Shown piece after piece: positions 21,123 to 31,774 of a stretch of DNA of 64,000 nucleotides. The notes under the pieces are model-generated. The model ran no database searches and was not told the DNA's origin. It saw nothing but the letters and a program-made list of their open reading frames with translations. How positions within the stretch are numbered: the stretch's first letter is position 1; every line of letters begins with the position of its first letter. The position numbers and the translations under genes are program-made. Origin of the DNA: Candidatus Latescibacterota bacterium (GTDB taxonomy: Bacteria > Latescibacterota > UBA2968 > SICM01); assembly GCA_965217865.1 (NCBI GenBank), contig CBDCJO010000002.1:1056001-1120000 (forward strand), in the 5' to 3' direction.

Positions 21123-21310
21123 ATGGGAAACAATTATAAACACCTTACGGCTGACGAGAGGGACCATATTTGTGCGCTTCGAGCATCAGGTAAGTCTCTA
21201 GGCGATATTGCCAAGAGCCTCTGCCGGAACAAGAGCACCATTTCCAGAGAGCTCAAGCGCAACCGGTCCTCGGTTTACAACTACTACTGTTCAAACCAGG
21301 CTCAGCAACG
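21123..21310 (+). mobile_element. IS30-family transposase N-terminal HTH fragment
   Basis: YKHLTADERDHI...IAKSLCRNKSTISRELKRN. Confidence 0.85.
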
Positions 21311-21445
21311 GGCCGGGCTGCAAGCCATCGTTTGACTTTAGAGTGCTTGTGCGTGCCAAGTTGTCCAGGATCAGGTGAATTATCGAGTGGAACCATAAGA
21401 CAAATCCATTACTTTATCATGTTATTTATGGGACAAACACTTGTT
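21311..21445 (-). mobile_element. Deleted relative of the IS630 at 46416-47584 (left end plus about 75 bp of internal sequence)
   Basis: CCGGGCTGCAAGCCAT...GTGCTTGTGCGTGCCA matches about 46670-46745; GGAACCATAAGAC.AATCCATTACTTT matches about 47530-47555. Confidence 0.8.
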
Positions 21446-21609
21446 GCCAGTTCCATAATTACTCATAACGCATCACTGCTGTCCAAGATAAATCAGATTC
21501 GCGTAAGCGACGGGTGCGAAATCCTTACTCGCCTCGTACATACGATAACGGATGCCATCGGTAACGACCACGTCACACGACACGCCGAGGGCGGAGAACA
21601 AGCCGGTTG

Positions 21610-22019
21610 CCTGCTCGAGGCGTTGAATATGGCGCTCTGGCAACGACAGCCGGAAGCCGTCATCCATCACTCCGACCAAGGATGTCAGTACACCTCCATC
21701 GCCTTCGGTCTACGGTGCTGCAAGGCCGGTATCCGGCCCTCTATGGGTTCCACCGGTGATTGCTACGACAACGCGTTACGCGAGAGCTTCTTCGCCACAT
21801 TCGAATAGCGAACGCCTGGATCGCCGAAACTATCGCACACAGGCCGAAGCCCAGATGTCCGTATTTCAATACATCGAGGGCTGGTACAACCCCCATCGGC
21901 GACACTCAGCACTCGGATATTTCTCTCCAATGGACTTCGAGAAGACCTCCAGCGCTGTCGACCATGCAGCCGACTGAATCGAAACTGATAAACCGTCTGC
22001 TAAAACCGGGGTAACTCCA
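21610..22019 (+). mobile_element. IS3-family orfB C-terminal remnant with internal stop and right IR
   Basis: IHHSDQGCQYTS, SMGSTGDCYDNA, YIEGWYNPHRRHSALG; AAAACCGGGGTAACTCCA end. Confidence 0.85.
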
Positions 22020-22039
22020 AAGAAGAGTGTAATGTGAGA

Positions 22040-22140
22040 ATAATTGGCGCCAACCTATGGGTGAATCTGCCCGTCCGGATATTCGCTTCTGGTTGTCGCT
22101 TGGCGTTCCAAAGCGAGGTACTCCTCCGGCGCCAGGCGGG
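22040..22140 (-). pseudogene. Uma2/DUF820 endonuclease N-terminal fragment
   Basis: LAPEEYLALERQATTRSEYPDGQI on the minus strand. Confidence 0.6.
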
Positions 22141-22241
22141 ATTGTGTAGCGACGGATGACATGATTTTCCTCCATTAAACAGAATAACCATGTTATCATA
22201 TCCCCGCACTTTGACCCCCGTACCCTGTATCCCTTTTCCCC

Positions 22242-23489
22242 TCACCTTGGATCGTAGATCGCCCCCAGGAAGAGGATGGTCCCACTCAGCCGTTCCCGGA
22301 TTGCGAGCAGGAACGGCCGGTCCACCTTAATGCCGCTCGGCCCTGCCGATGACGGACCCATGCGCACCGATGTAGCGGCCGCCGCTACCGTTCCTTCCTC
22401 GTCCACCTTCAGGAACGTTTTGTGCTTGACCTGAGAGATGTGTGTCTCCGGGACAGAAGTGAGCCTGGAGAAATCCGCCGCTTTGGGATCGAACGCCGCC
22501 CCCATGCCCATCTCAACAAGTGGGGTGTTCAGCAAGGCGTCGTACTCCTGCTCAAACGCCGGCAGCTGCACGGGCAGTTCCCGAAACTCGATCCCATTCG
22601 TCCACTCGTCCCACTGCGCTAGATCGATGCTGTTCACCAGGTCCGCCAGACCGCCTCCAGGGCGCGGCTGCAAGATCACCATCGTGAACGCCTCCGCCCC
22701 GTACGGCAGCTCGGCAATCTGCAATCCCTTTGCGAACCCGGTTGCTCCACGCCCATTCGGATTGAACATCGCCGGCACGTACACAGGATCGGTGCTTCCT
22801 TCCAGGAAGAACGGTCGGGAGTCCGTCTTTGCTGGATCGAACTGGACCGTCCAATCTCCCTCGAAGTAAACAGCGTTCAGGAGAAAGAGGTTGGTGTACC
22901 GGTCAATCCTCTGGACGATCGATTCGATGCGACCGCGGGTCTGCTCTTTCACCCAACCGTTGATGGTCTCCCTGGCGCCGGGATCGGCGAAGTCGAGCGC
23001 CTGAGCTTTGGCATCGAAGTACGTGCGGATGGCGTCGAAAAAGCTCGTCTCGAACGTAACTCCCTGTCGTATCCACACCGAACTGGCGACTGCGATCTGC
23101 ACGCTTGGATCCAGCGTAAATAGAAGGTCGTGCAACCCTCGGTAGCCCTCGTTGATCTCGCCCATCGCCATGCCGGATAGCTGGAGCCCCGAGCGCATCG
23201 CCTCAAACGTCTCCCCCGCAGCGCCGTTCAGGGTCATTCCAAGCGCCATCGACACGCTCAGCGGAGACACGAACACATTCCTACCCGGTTCGGTTTCTTC
23301 TGCCACCTCGCGCAGCAGTTCAAAAGCGAAGACGTTGTTGGCATGGATCGCCGCGTCCTCGCTTGCCGTCAGCGGCCGGGGCAACTTTGTGAGGGGTTCC
23401 TGCGGTCCAACGGGGTTGCTCGTGCAGGCGACAAAACCAAGCATCGTCGCCCCAACAAGCGCCGTCAAGGTCCAGTTGAGTGCAGACAT
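22242..23489 (-). CDS. Serpin (serine protease inhibitor), predicted lipoprotein
   Basis: NVFVSPLSV, INGWVKEQTRGRI, LNAVYFEGDW, hinge VDEEGTVAAAAT, VDRPFL; lipobox FVAC. Confidence 0.95.
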   Translation of the reverse strand: MSALNWTLTALVGATMLGFVACTSNPVGPQEPLTKLPRPLTASEDAAIHANNVFAFELLREVAEETEPGRNVFVSPLSVSMALGMTLNGAAGETFEAMRSGLQLSGMAMGEINEGYRGLHDLLFTLDPSVQIAVASSVWIRQGVTFETSFFDAIRTYFDAKAQALDFADPGARETINGWVKEQTRGRIESIVQRIDRYTNLFLLNAVYFEGDWTVQFDPAKTDSRPFFLEGSTDPVYVPAMFNPNGRGATGFAKGLQIAELPYGAEAFTMVILQPRPGGGLADLVNSIDLAQWDEWTNGIEFRELPVQLPAFEQEYDALLNTPLVEMGMGAAFDPKAADFSRLTSVPETHISQVKHKTFLKVDEEGTVAAAATSVRMGPSSAGPSGIKVDRPFLLAIRERLSGTILFLGAIYDPR

Positions 23490-23909
23490 TAGCGGTAATG
23501 GATCAAGTGGATGTCGGCGCGGTGTGTTGCAGTTGTGCGTCTGGTTGGCCCTACGGTGGCGGAGATTCAACCTCTTCGGACCGTCCGACACCCAGGCCGC
23601 AACACTGCAACGGGTGCATTCTCTTCAATGTATATCCAGTATATCCGACGCCCGGGGATCTCCCAAGTTTCGTTTTTTCAGGGGTGGCATGTTGATGATG
23701 CCTGCCGCATCCTTTCACCAGGACCTTTCAGGCACACCTTTCTCCACACTATCTGTATCTATATCAACATGTTACGCTGTGTTGGTGGAAGGGTGAAGGA
23801 TTTTCAGAAAATCTCCCCGCATAGAGCGATGAAAAAAACCTTGGAGTATCGCGGACGTCCCACGGGCCACAAAAAATCACGGCCCCACACGCCCCACATC
23901 GTTGGCCAA

Positions 23910-24018
23910 CCCCTGGTGTTCTCTGGAGCTCGTCGCGGTCGATTGAGTGACGTGGCACTGACGAAGGCGGTACGGGTCTTCGATCTGACGGCCACGGTGC
24001 ACGGGTTCCGATTTTCCT
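23910..24018 (+). pseudogene. Tyrosine integrase (P4-like) fragment
   Basis: LVFSGARRGRLSDVALTKAVR...ATVHGFR (HxxR box). Confidence 0.6.
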
Positions 24019-24029
24019 GACTCAAGGAG

Positions 24030-24268
24030 TTCCAGCTTTAGCTTCGTGCTTGCCATCTTACATTGAAGCTATTGGAAAAACTGGTGGAGGCATAATCTGT
24101 AATTATAAATTCGATTGGGAAGTTGCACTTGACCAAGTCTTGAAAAATCGGCAGATTTTAAAGGATTGTTCCATTAATGCAAAGCGGGGGATGCTATCAT
24201 ATTCGACTGAATTAATAACACAAAAGTACATACAACTATTCCAAAGCCTAAGTGGGACCGGGTTTTAA
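24030..24268 (+). pseudogene. Probable GT4 glycosyltransferase C-terminal fragment
   Basis: GGIICN...WEVALDQVL...YSTELITQKYIQLF pattern; AT-rich. Confidence 0.4.
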
Positions 24269-24559
24269 ATCTAAAATAGATGTGGGGTATAGTAACTTGG
24301 AAGTGCCAAAAGCCGAGCGCACAAAACTAGCCTCCCCAAAATCTAATCATATACTGCCGAAAAGTTAGCTCCGCAACACAAGGATACAGGCTCTTGCCAT
24401 CGGACCACCCCAAACCTGCTTTGTAGGTTTGGGGCAGCATTAGAATCCCACAACCAGCGCTTCTGCTACAGGCGCACGAAAACCCATTATTATCTTCTTT
24501 ATTCTCTCAACACAATCATCAAGGTAAAAGGATACACTTTTTTGTTGAAAGGTTTGAGA

Positions 24560-25294
24560 ATGTCTAAGAGGAAGACAAAAAGGGCCTTAGTAATAATCCC
24601 AACTTATAATGAACGAGAAAACGTTGAACGGATAGTCCAAGCAATTTTGCCAGTGGACCTGCGCATTAGTATCCTAATTGTGGATGACAATTCCCCTGAT
24701 GGAACGGGCGAGATTGCTGAGAACCTAGCCAAGTTGTACGACAAAGTTTACGTATTACACCGGGAAAAAAAAGAAGGGATCGGAAGAGCTTATATTGCAG
24801 GGTTCAAATGGGCAATTGAAAGGAAATTCAATTACATTTTTGAGATGGATGCTGACTTTTCTCATCGACCCCAATATTTGGAAGACCATTTGAGGGAAAT
24901 AGAAAACCACGACTTGGTGCTGGGTTCAAGGTACATAACGGGGGTAAATGTTATTAACTGGCCAATAACGAGGCTTTTACTGTCCTACTATGCCAATGTA
25001 TATGCTCGGTTGGTAACTGGAATGCCGGTGAGAGATGCCACAGGTGGATTTAAGTGCTTTCGCCGAGAGGCCTTGGTGGCTATTGATCTTGAAAGTCTTC
25101 ATGCATCTGGCTATGCATTTCAGATTGAAGTTACAATGCGAATATGGAAGAAGGGATTCAGGATAAAAGAAATTCCTATCATATTTTATGATCGCACAGC
25201 AGGTGATTCAAAGATGTCAAAAAGAATCATGGGTGAAGCCATTTGGACAGTATGGTTGTTGCGCATCAAATCGATCTTTGGATTGTTGACTTAA
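24560..25294 (+). CDS. Polyprenol monophosphomannose synthase (DPM1-like GT2)
   Basis: IIPTYNEREN, VDDNSPDGTG, EMDADFSH, LGSRY, DATGGFKCFRR. Confidence 0.93.
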   Translation: MSKRKTKRALVIIPTYNERENVERIVQAILPVDLRISILIVDDNSPDGTGEIAENLAKLYDKVYVLHREKKEGIGRAYIAGFKWAIERKFNYIFEMDADFSHRPQYLEDHLREIENHDLVLGSRYITGVNVINWPITRLLLSYYANVYARLVTGMPVRDATGGFKCFRREALVAIDLESLHASGYAFQIEVTMRIWKKGFRIKEIPIIFYDRTAGDSKMSKRIMGEAIWTVWLLRIKSIFGLLT

Positions 25295-25319
25295 CAATGA
25301 CATGCTCAACCGGCCTCTA

Positions 25320-25407
25320 AAAATTGGTATGTCAATACAGAGGAATCCCTCGACATCAGTTCCATTTATCCCTGAAGGAAATAGAGTTCAGATTTAACCA
25401 CGAAGAC
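25320..25407 (+). mobile_element. IS1595-family C-terminal fragment (second copy)
   Basis: QYRGIPRHQFHLSLKEIEFRFNHED, similar to 18020-18100. Confidence 0.8.
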
Positions 25408-26045
25408 CAGCGCCCGGCTTGGCACATGTTTCTTGTGCAACTTGGCGCACTTGCGCTGTGGGCGGCGAAGCGCAACGACCTGTCAGTGGATGCGGCGGAC
25501 TGGGCAGTTGACCTGCGGAGATTGACTCGGGATCATACCGACGACGCGCCATGGCGGCTCACTATAGACGAACGGGAAAAACCAGCCTTCCTGCAGCCGC
25601 CGGACCCGGGAGGCCTTAAATGGTCCGCCGTGGCGACGCCCGATGCGCTCGACATGCTGATCACTTCGAAGAATCACGACCTGAAACAATCTGTGGCGAA
25701 GCGGGCGACACCGGAGGATTGGGTGTGCGCGCTGGTGTCGCTGCAAACGTCCGAGGGCTATGGCGGCGCAGGAAACCAGGGTGTTGCGCGCATGAACGGC
25801 GGCTCATCCAGCCGCCCGATGTTGGGGCTTACCCCCGGTCGGGACAAGGACATTTCGGTTGATCCTTCCGCGTGGTGGGCGCGGGACGTGCGACGGCTGG
25901 TTGAGGCGCGCGCGACAGGACAGAGGAGCGGGATCGGTGCCGTGGCCGGACCGGCACTTTTGTGGTGTCTCGACTGGCCGGAAGGCCGGCAACTCGACCT
26001 GCGCGACCTGGACCCGTGGTTCATTGAGGTCTGCCGGCGAGCCGT
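25408..26045 (+). pseudogene. Type I-E CRISPR Cas8e (Cse1/CasA) internal fragment
   Basis: QRPAWHMFLVQLGALAL, KPAFLQPP, TPDALDMLITSKNHDLK, ALVSLQT.EGYGGAGN.GVARMNGG, DPWFIEVCRR. Confidence 0.8.
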
Positions 26046-26310
26046 TGGGGGCGGTTGATTGATTTCCAACTGTATGACGTCCCATAACGTTCTCGAGTCC
26101 GGTTACTATTGTACCAAGTACTTCAACAGGTTTACTTGGCTTCACACCTAGTCTATCAACGAATCTGTAGCTTGTTTGCTCACTCAAGATCTGTCGGTTT
26201 AATGTTTCAGTCTGCCGGAAAACGCCGCATTAGGAGACGATCCGGTCCAGGATGGAGTGTCGAGAAAATGTCCTTGATAGTATATGACGGTTAGACTATA
26301 TTGTTAAATC

Positions 26311-26540
26311 ATGAACTGGGAAGTCGGATTTGATCCGGCCTTCGACTCGGAATTCGATGCCCTGCCCACCCGCAGTGCAGGATGAGCTACTTGCTCAAGC
26401 GAAGCTTCTTGAGACATTCGGACCGTCTCTGGGCCGTCCACGGGTGGACACTCTGGACGGGTCGCGCCACGCCAACATGAAAGAGCTTCGCTTTAACGCC
26501 GCCGACGGCGTGTGGCGGGTCGCCTTTTTCCTTTGACCCC
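26311..26540 (+). pseudogene. RelE/ParE (HigB-like, DUF891) toxin, frameshifted and truncated
   Basis: MNWEVGFDPAFDSEFDAL then AVQDELLA...GPSLGRPRVDTLDGSRHANMKELRF. Confidence 0.85.
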
Positions 26541-26661
26541 AAGGGGAGCCATCCTGCTTGTGACCGGCTGAAAAGTGACGATCGAGAAGATGAAATAAGA
26601 GCGGATTTAGATGCTCTGGGTCCGGTGTAAGTTGCTATAAGGAAGCAAGGAGGCCTCTCAA

Positions 26662-27315
26662 ATGGTTGAATTGATAAACGTTTCACAAAAAACACACTTG
26701 AAGCGTCTTTTTGGTGTTGTTTCAAATGGCCAAACCTATCTCAATGTGATTTACCTGCTATTGGCTTTCCCTCTGGGACTGGTTTATTTCGTTTTCCTGG
26801 TAACGGGGTTGTCCCTGGGGATTGGCTTGATCATCATAGGTATTGGTATTCCAATACTACTGTTGATGATGACATCATGGTGGGGATTGGCATCATTCGA
26901 ACGTAAAATAACGATATGGCTGCTGCGTGTAGAGGATATACCTCCAATGTTAACCAAAACAAAATCAAGAAAGGGCATATGGGAGCGGTTCGGATATTAC
27001 CTGAGCAATCCTGTGACGTGGAAAAGCTTGGTCTACCTTTGCGCAAGGTTTCCGCTTGGGTTACTTTCATTCATTGTTTCGGTTATTCTGATATCGCTGA
27101 CAACAGGGATGGTGGCTGCGCCGGTAATCTATGAGAGCCATACATTGAACGTCGGCTTTTGGCAGGTAGACACTTTGGGAGAGGCTCTGATCTGCTCAAT
27201 TCTGGGAGTTGGCGTGGGTTTAATTTCAATCCACGTGATGAATAGTCTTGCATTCGTATCGGGCAGGTTTGCCAGTTTGATGCTGGGTCCTGCTCTACAT
27301 TCGTCCCCAAAATGA
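26662..27315 (+). CDS. Stand-alone membrane 'putative sensor' domain protein
   Basis: AGGAGG RBS; YLLLAFPLGLVYFV, LASFER, NPVTWKSLVYL..RFPLG; 4 TMs. Confidence 0.8.
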   Translation: MVELINVSQKTHLKRLFGVVSNGQTYLNVIYLLLAFPLGLVYFVFLVTGLSLGIGLIIIGIGIPILLLMMTSWWGLASFERKITIWLLRVEDIPPMLTKTKSRKGIWERFGYYLSNPVTWKSLVYLCARFPLGLLSFIVSVILISLTTGMVAAPVIYESHTLNVGFWQVDTLGEALICSILGVGVGLISIHVMNSLAFVSGRFASLMLGPALHSSPK

Positions 27316-27589
27316 TTCCATCCAGGGGTTGTCTCGGGCTCCGTTTTCGGCATAGGAGACCCAACCCCCTTCTCCCTGAATAGGATGCGGCGTAACCAGG
27401 TGTAGCTTTGTGTAGACAGAATCCCCTGTCGGCCACGGCCCGAGCCACCCACCCATTTGCTCTCAATATCCAGGAGGCCGTCAGATGGGCCTTCCGGGCG
27501 CCACGGGCATAGATCAGTTCTGTGAAGTCGGTCGTAAAGGCCTAAACACTCAATGAATTGGCGGCCTTTCACCAAATTCGCCTGGGATC

Positions 27590-27850
27590 CCGCAACAGGG
27601 TTTGCCAGGAGAGCTTGCTCTCACGCTGGCCGTCCTCGATAGCGATGACTTCCTTGCAGCCATCAGCCGTTGCACCGACCAGCACGAGCACACAGGGCCG
27701 ATTCTTATCCAGGCGCACGTTGAAATAGATCCCGTCCGCCCACACATACACGTCGTGTTTTCCGGTCAGGTCGCGCTGCTTCCAGCTCTTATACTCATCT
27801 TCCCAGATTTGCTTCAGCCTGGTGACATTAGTCGGTGATAAACCCGAGTT
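27590..27850 (-). mobile_element. IS256-family transposase internal fragment
   Basis: YVWADGIYFNVRL...VLVLVGATADGCKEVIAIEDGQRES. Confidence 0.85.
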
Positions 27851-28108
27851 CTTGAGAAATGTGGGTTTCAAAAAAAGGGTACTGGGCGGTCTCCCCACGA
27901 AAAATGGGTATTGGAATTAGACGGAAAGCTCGTTGCTCGAACTTCAGTACCCCATGGGAGTAAGAAGCTAAAAAAACCGACGTTTTTTCAAATATTAAAT
28001 AGCCAGATTTACTTAAATTTGGAGGAATACGAAAAATTATATTCCTGCGAAGAAAACGCCGGTTACTACCACCAGCTATTAAATCAAAAGGATATTTTGG
28101 AAGATTAA
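27851..28108 (+). pseudogene. HicA-like toxin, 5'-truncated
   Basis: LEKCGFQKKGTGRSPHEKW...RTSVPHGSKKL. Confidence 0.55.
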
Positions 28109-28139
28109 AGACACTGATATTGAGTCTGTCGTTTTTTTC

Positions 28140-28171
28140 AGCCCGGCCATCATCGGTCGGGCTTTTCTTTT
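28140..28171 (+). terminator. Rho-independent terminator
   Basis: AGCCCGGCC...GGTCGGGCT stem followed by TTTCTTT. Confidence 0.6.
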
Positions 28172-28299
28172 GCCTTTCCCACCACCTTCCCTGCCGGCAG
28201 CAGTTCCCCCCGATGGTCTACCTCACACGCCCACGTCTCGCCCGCCTTCGGCTTATTCCCTGCTACATCGCTGACCTCGATCGGGGTCGGCGGACGTCC

Positions 28300-28797
28300 A
28301 TAGTAAACTATAGGCCCCGTAGGTTCATAATGAATTACAATATCGGAGGTCAAGGTAGATGCGAGATATTTTGAAAACGCACCTCTGGTACTTTCACATA
28401 CCATCTTGATTATATCAGCAGCAGATTGACCCCAACTAAAAGGAACAACAGTAATTATGGACTCCGGTTTTTCCTGCTCTATGGTTTCAAAAACAACGGT
28501 AGTGTCTCTGAATACCTGAACGACAGTATCCCGGATGGTTTGGACGGTAGTATCTCTTACTACTCGTACAACAGTAAGGGTATCAACCTGGAAGGTCGTG
28601 TCTCGAACAATGACAGTATCCAACGAACCAACGCCAAAAACCGCCCCGTCTCCTTTGCCGAAATTTTCAGCAAGAATGAAAAAGTCATCAAGGTCTACCT
28701 TCCCGTTTCCGTCCAGGTCCCCAGGAATTCTCTCTTTAGCGAAGGCTGTAGCTGTTACAATCAATACCGCGCATATAGCATATCTCCATAATAACAT
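28300..28797 (-). pseudogene. Secreted dockerin/EF-hand-like protein with RDT repeats, 3'-truncated or chimeric
   Basis: Signal peptide; GDLDGNGKVDLDDFFILAENFG; repeated (V)RDT(T/V)V units. Confidence 0.65.
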
Positions 28798-28839
28798 TCG
28801 CACTCAAGCGGTCCTCCCTGGGTCTCGATCTCTACCTAT

Positions 28840-29091
28840 GGCTGGTTTACCGGACCTTCTCGCTCCGCGCTCCGCAACGGCTCACTTGGCGGCAGGTGTA
28901 CCACCAGTTCGGAGCACACCCGGCCAAGGCGAAGGACAAGTTGGTTGTGAATGATTTTCGCAAGGATTGTTTGCGCGATTTGAAGAAGATCAAGCTGGCT
29001 TGGCCGGAGTTGAACTACACGACGGCTCCGGGCGTCCTGATCCTCTTGCCCTCGACGCCCGCCATCGCGCCGCTCAATCAAGGCCAGCTAG
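28840..29091 (+). pseudogene. Plasmid RepA C-terminal fragment, cut by IS1182
   Basis: YHQFGAHP...DFRKDCLRDLKKIKLAWPELNY...GVLILLPS. Confidence 0.65.
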
Positions 29092-30617
29092 CAGCCTGTT
29101 GAAAAAGTGCGTTTATGCCAAGATGACTGTTGTCTTTCCTTGTGGTTTGGTCCTATGATATATCAGGTTCAAACTGAGAAGGGAGGACGAGCAAATGGCA
29201 ATGGGAAAACGAGGACGACAGAGACAGGAAAACCTGTTCATCGCATCGAACACTTTGGTGAAATCTCCGGGTCATCCGTTCTACGAGAAGCTGAATCAGG
29301 TATTGGGGGCGAACGGCTTCGACGAGTTCGTCGAGGGGCTTTGCCAGCGGTATTACGCTCCTCATATGGGTCGCAAGGGCATTCCGCCCGGGGTTTATTT
29401 TCGGATGCTTTTGATTGGGTATTTCGAGGGACTTGATTCGGAACGTGGGATCGAATGGCGTGTATCTGACTCGCTGACGTTGCGCCGGTTTTTGGGGTAT
29501 GCCCTTGACGAACAGACCCCGGATCATTCCAGCCTGTCTCGCATCCGGCATCGGCTTCCCTTGGAAGTTCACGAAGCGGTTTTCAAGTGGATCCTGAGGG
29601 TCTTGTGCAAAGCGGGTCTGGTGAAGGGGAAGACGTTGGGCGTGGATGCTACGACACTGGAGGCCAACGCCGCGATGCGCAGCATTGTACGCCGTGACAC
29701 GGGTGAAGGCTACCAGGCATTCCTTGAGAATCTGGCCAAGGCCTCGGGCATTGAAACGCCTACCCGCGAGGACTTGTCCAAGATCGATAAGAAGCGACCG
29801 AAGAAGGGATCGAACCAGGACTGGGAGCACCCGCACGACCCGGATGCCAAGATCGCTAAGATGAAGGACGGTCGCACGCACATGGCGCACAAGGTGGAGC
29901 ACGCGGTGGATCTGGACACCAATGCCATTGTGGCAGTGGCGTTGTCGGGAGCAGATGAAGGAGATACCGAGTCGTTGCCCTGGACGCTGCTCGAGGCGCA
30001 GCTCAATCTCAAGCAGGTCGCGAAGGACGAAAAAGCTGCTAAGCGTTTGCACAGACAGCGTATACGGGAGGTGGTTGCGGACAAAGGATATCATAGCAAC
30101 GATGTATTGACCAGTCTGAAGCAAGGCGGCATCCGGAGTTACATTTCAGAACCGGATCGGGGACGCCGCAAGTGGAACGGCCGACGAGATGAGCAGGCCG
30201 CGGTATATGCGAATCGACGCCGGATCAAGGGAGATCGCGGCAAGGCCTTGCGCCGAAGTCGTGCAGAACGGGTGGAAAGAACCATCGCTCACACATATGA
30301 TACCGGTGGCATGCGCAGGTTGCACTTGAGAGACCGCGGCAATATCCTCAAGCGTTTGCTGATCCACATCGGGGGCTGCAACCTGGCTCTGCTCATGCGC
30401 AAAGTGATGGGCGTAGGTACTCCGAAGGCCCTCCAGGACCTGGCCAAGGCCTTGCAGCGTCTACTGCTCGTCCTACAATCACGTTTGCTGCCCTCGGTCA
30501 CCTTTTTAACCTCTTATCAGCGTCTCCTGCTCAATCTCCTTACCTTGATTTATCTGACCCGCACTCCAGGCGTCTTTTCCGTTTATGTGCGTTGAAAGGT
30601 AGTTCTTCAACGGGCTG
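29092..30617 (+). mobile_element. Complete IS1182-family element; transposase at 29195..30595
   Basis: GRKGIPPGVYFRML, TPDHSSLSRIR, GVDATTLEANAA, VADKGY; IRs CAGCCTGTTGAA / TTCAACGGGCTG; flanks CTAG / ATAG. Confidence 0.92.
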
Positions 30618-30772
30618 ATAGGGAGCTAATTCTCCCCTTTCCCACCTCTCAGCGGCCAGCCACCGGCTTTCCGCAGCGCGTTGGATTCTAGGTATCCCCC
30701 CACACCCCTGAATCGCCTGAATCCGTAAATCGTTTATTTCCACAGGCTTCTGTGATTTCTTTGGGTTTTCCA

Positions 30773-30823
30773 CGAACATTCACCCCTACTCAATTTCGAT
30801 CTATTTCGAACATTCACCCCTAC
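30773..30823. repeat. Exact 17-bp direct repeat x2 (period 34)
   Basis: CGAACATTCACCCCTAC at 30773-30789 and 30807-30823. Confidence 0.9.
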
Positions 30824-31625
30824 CATACAAGTAAAGTACATTGGCAGTCAAATAGTCCAAAGCCATTTCTGGACCGTTCCCTGGCAGCATGGGAACCGAT
30901 AATAGCGGAAGCGAAGTTGTGAGCAAGGCAAATCTATGCCCAAGCGTTGGGTGGATTTCTTGCGACGCGCACCGGTAAAATATGTTCATACCGTCACCGA
31001 TCTTCTTTAATATATCTGCAAAGAGGACTCGAGAACCGGGGTTATTTTCTTGGAATACCGGTTGCGCCCAAACATAATCTCTAATTCCCGACCCAAACTT
31101 CTCCTTATACGTTGACTTCATATGGGAGATTACCGATTCAGCATAGTGAGGTTCCTTACCTGATCGTCCACATAATTCGTTATAGGATTCCTTTTGGCGA
31201 ATCCAAGAACGCAACAGCGTGCTGCTGATGTAGTCGCGGAACACTTGCGGATGTTCACTGCAAAATCGTGCAAGGAATTCACAGACCACGTGAGCTTCAT
31301 ATAGCGTGCGCCATAGTTGCCAGCCTGCCCAGTAAGATTTTTCTATAAGAAGTCCTATAGCGTTCGCCTGTTGACTCGCGTTCGTGTACAGGTGCATGAA
31401 TACGTAGGACTTAGCCGCTTGGAGATCGTACGTCTCATTGAGACATTGATGAAGAATATCTTCTTCGGCAAACCAACTTGGGCGACACACGAGGTCCTTC
31501 TCAAGGTCTGCACTAAAGTAAGCGGTTTCTCTGATTAGCTCTTCGAGTATTTGGATTCTATGGGGCTTCCAATCAGGTTTCTGGCCACTACGCTCCATGT
31601 GCCTCTCTAGCCAATAGTTCTTCAT
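30801..31625 (-). CDS. DUF5677-like helical protein, probably 3'-truncated
   Basis: AIGLLIEKSY..GWQLWRTLYE, YVWA, FYRCASQEIH. Confidence 0.6.
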   Translation of the reverse strand: MKNYWLERHMERSGQKPDWKPHRIQILEELIRETAYFSADLEKDLVCRPSWFAEEDILHQCLNETYDLQAAKSYVFMHLYTNASQQANAIGLLIEKSYWAGWQLWRTLYEAHVVCEFLARFCSEHPQVFRDYISSTLLRSWIRQKESYNELCGRSGKEPHYAESVISHMKSTYKEKFGSGIRDYVWAQPVFQENNPGSRVLFADILKKIGDGMNIFYRCASQEIHPTLGHRFALLTTSLPLLSVPMLPGNGPEMALDYLTANVLYLYGRGECSK

Positions 31626-31774
31626 TTTGAAACCTCGTTCCCCTCGAGGATGGCCAGCCACGGGCGAGTCCTGGCCTCACTAAAGCGACTGATAGAGTCA
31701 GGGGGGACGCCGGTGCCCTTAGAGGGGATCATTTCATAACTTTCGGGTTTAATATCAGTAATACCTCTGAAAAC

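Noticed and set aside
25324-30617. CRISPR-associated transposon (Cas8e near transposases)
   Set aside because: Cas8e is a fragment; no cas5/6/7, tniQ or tnsC; the IS elements are unrelated families.
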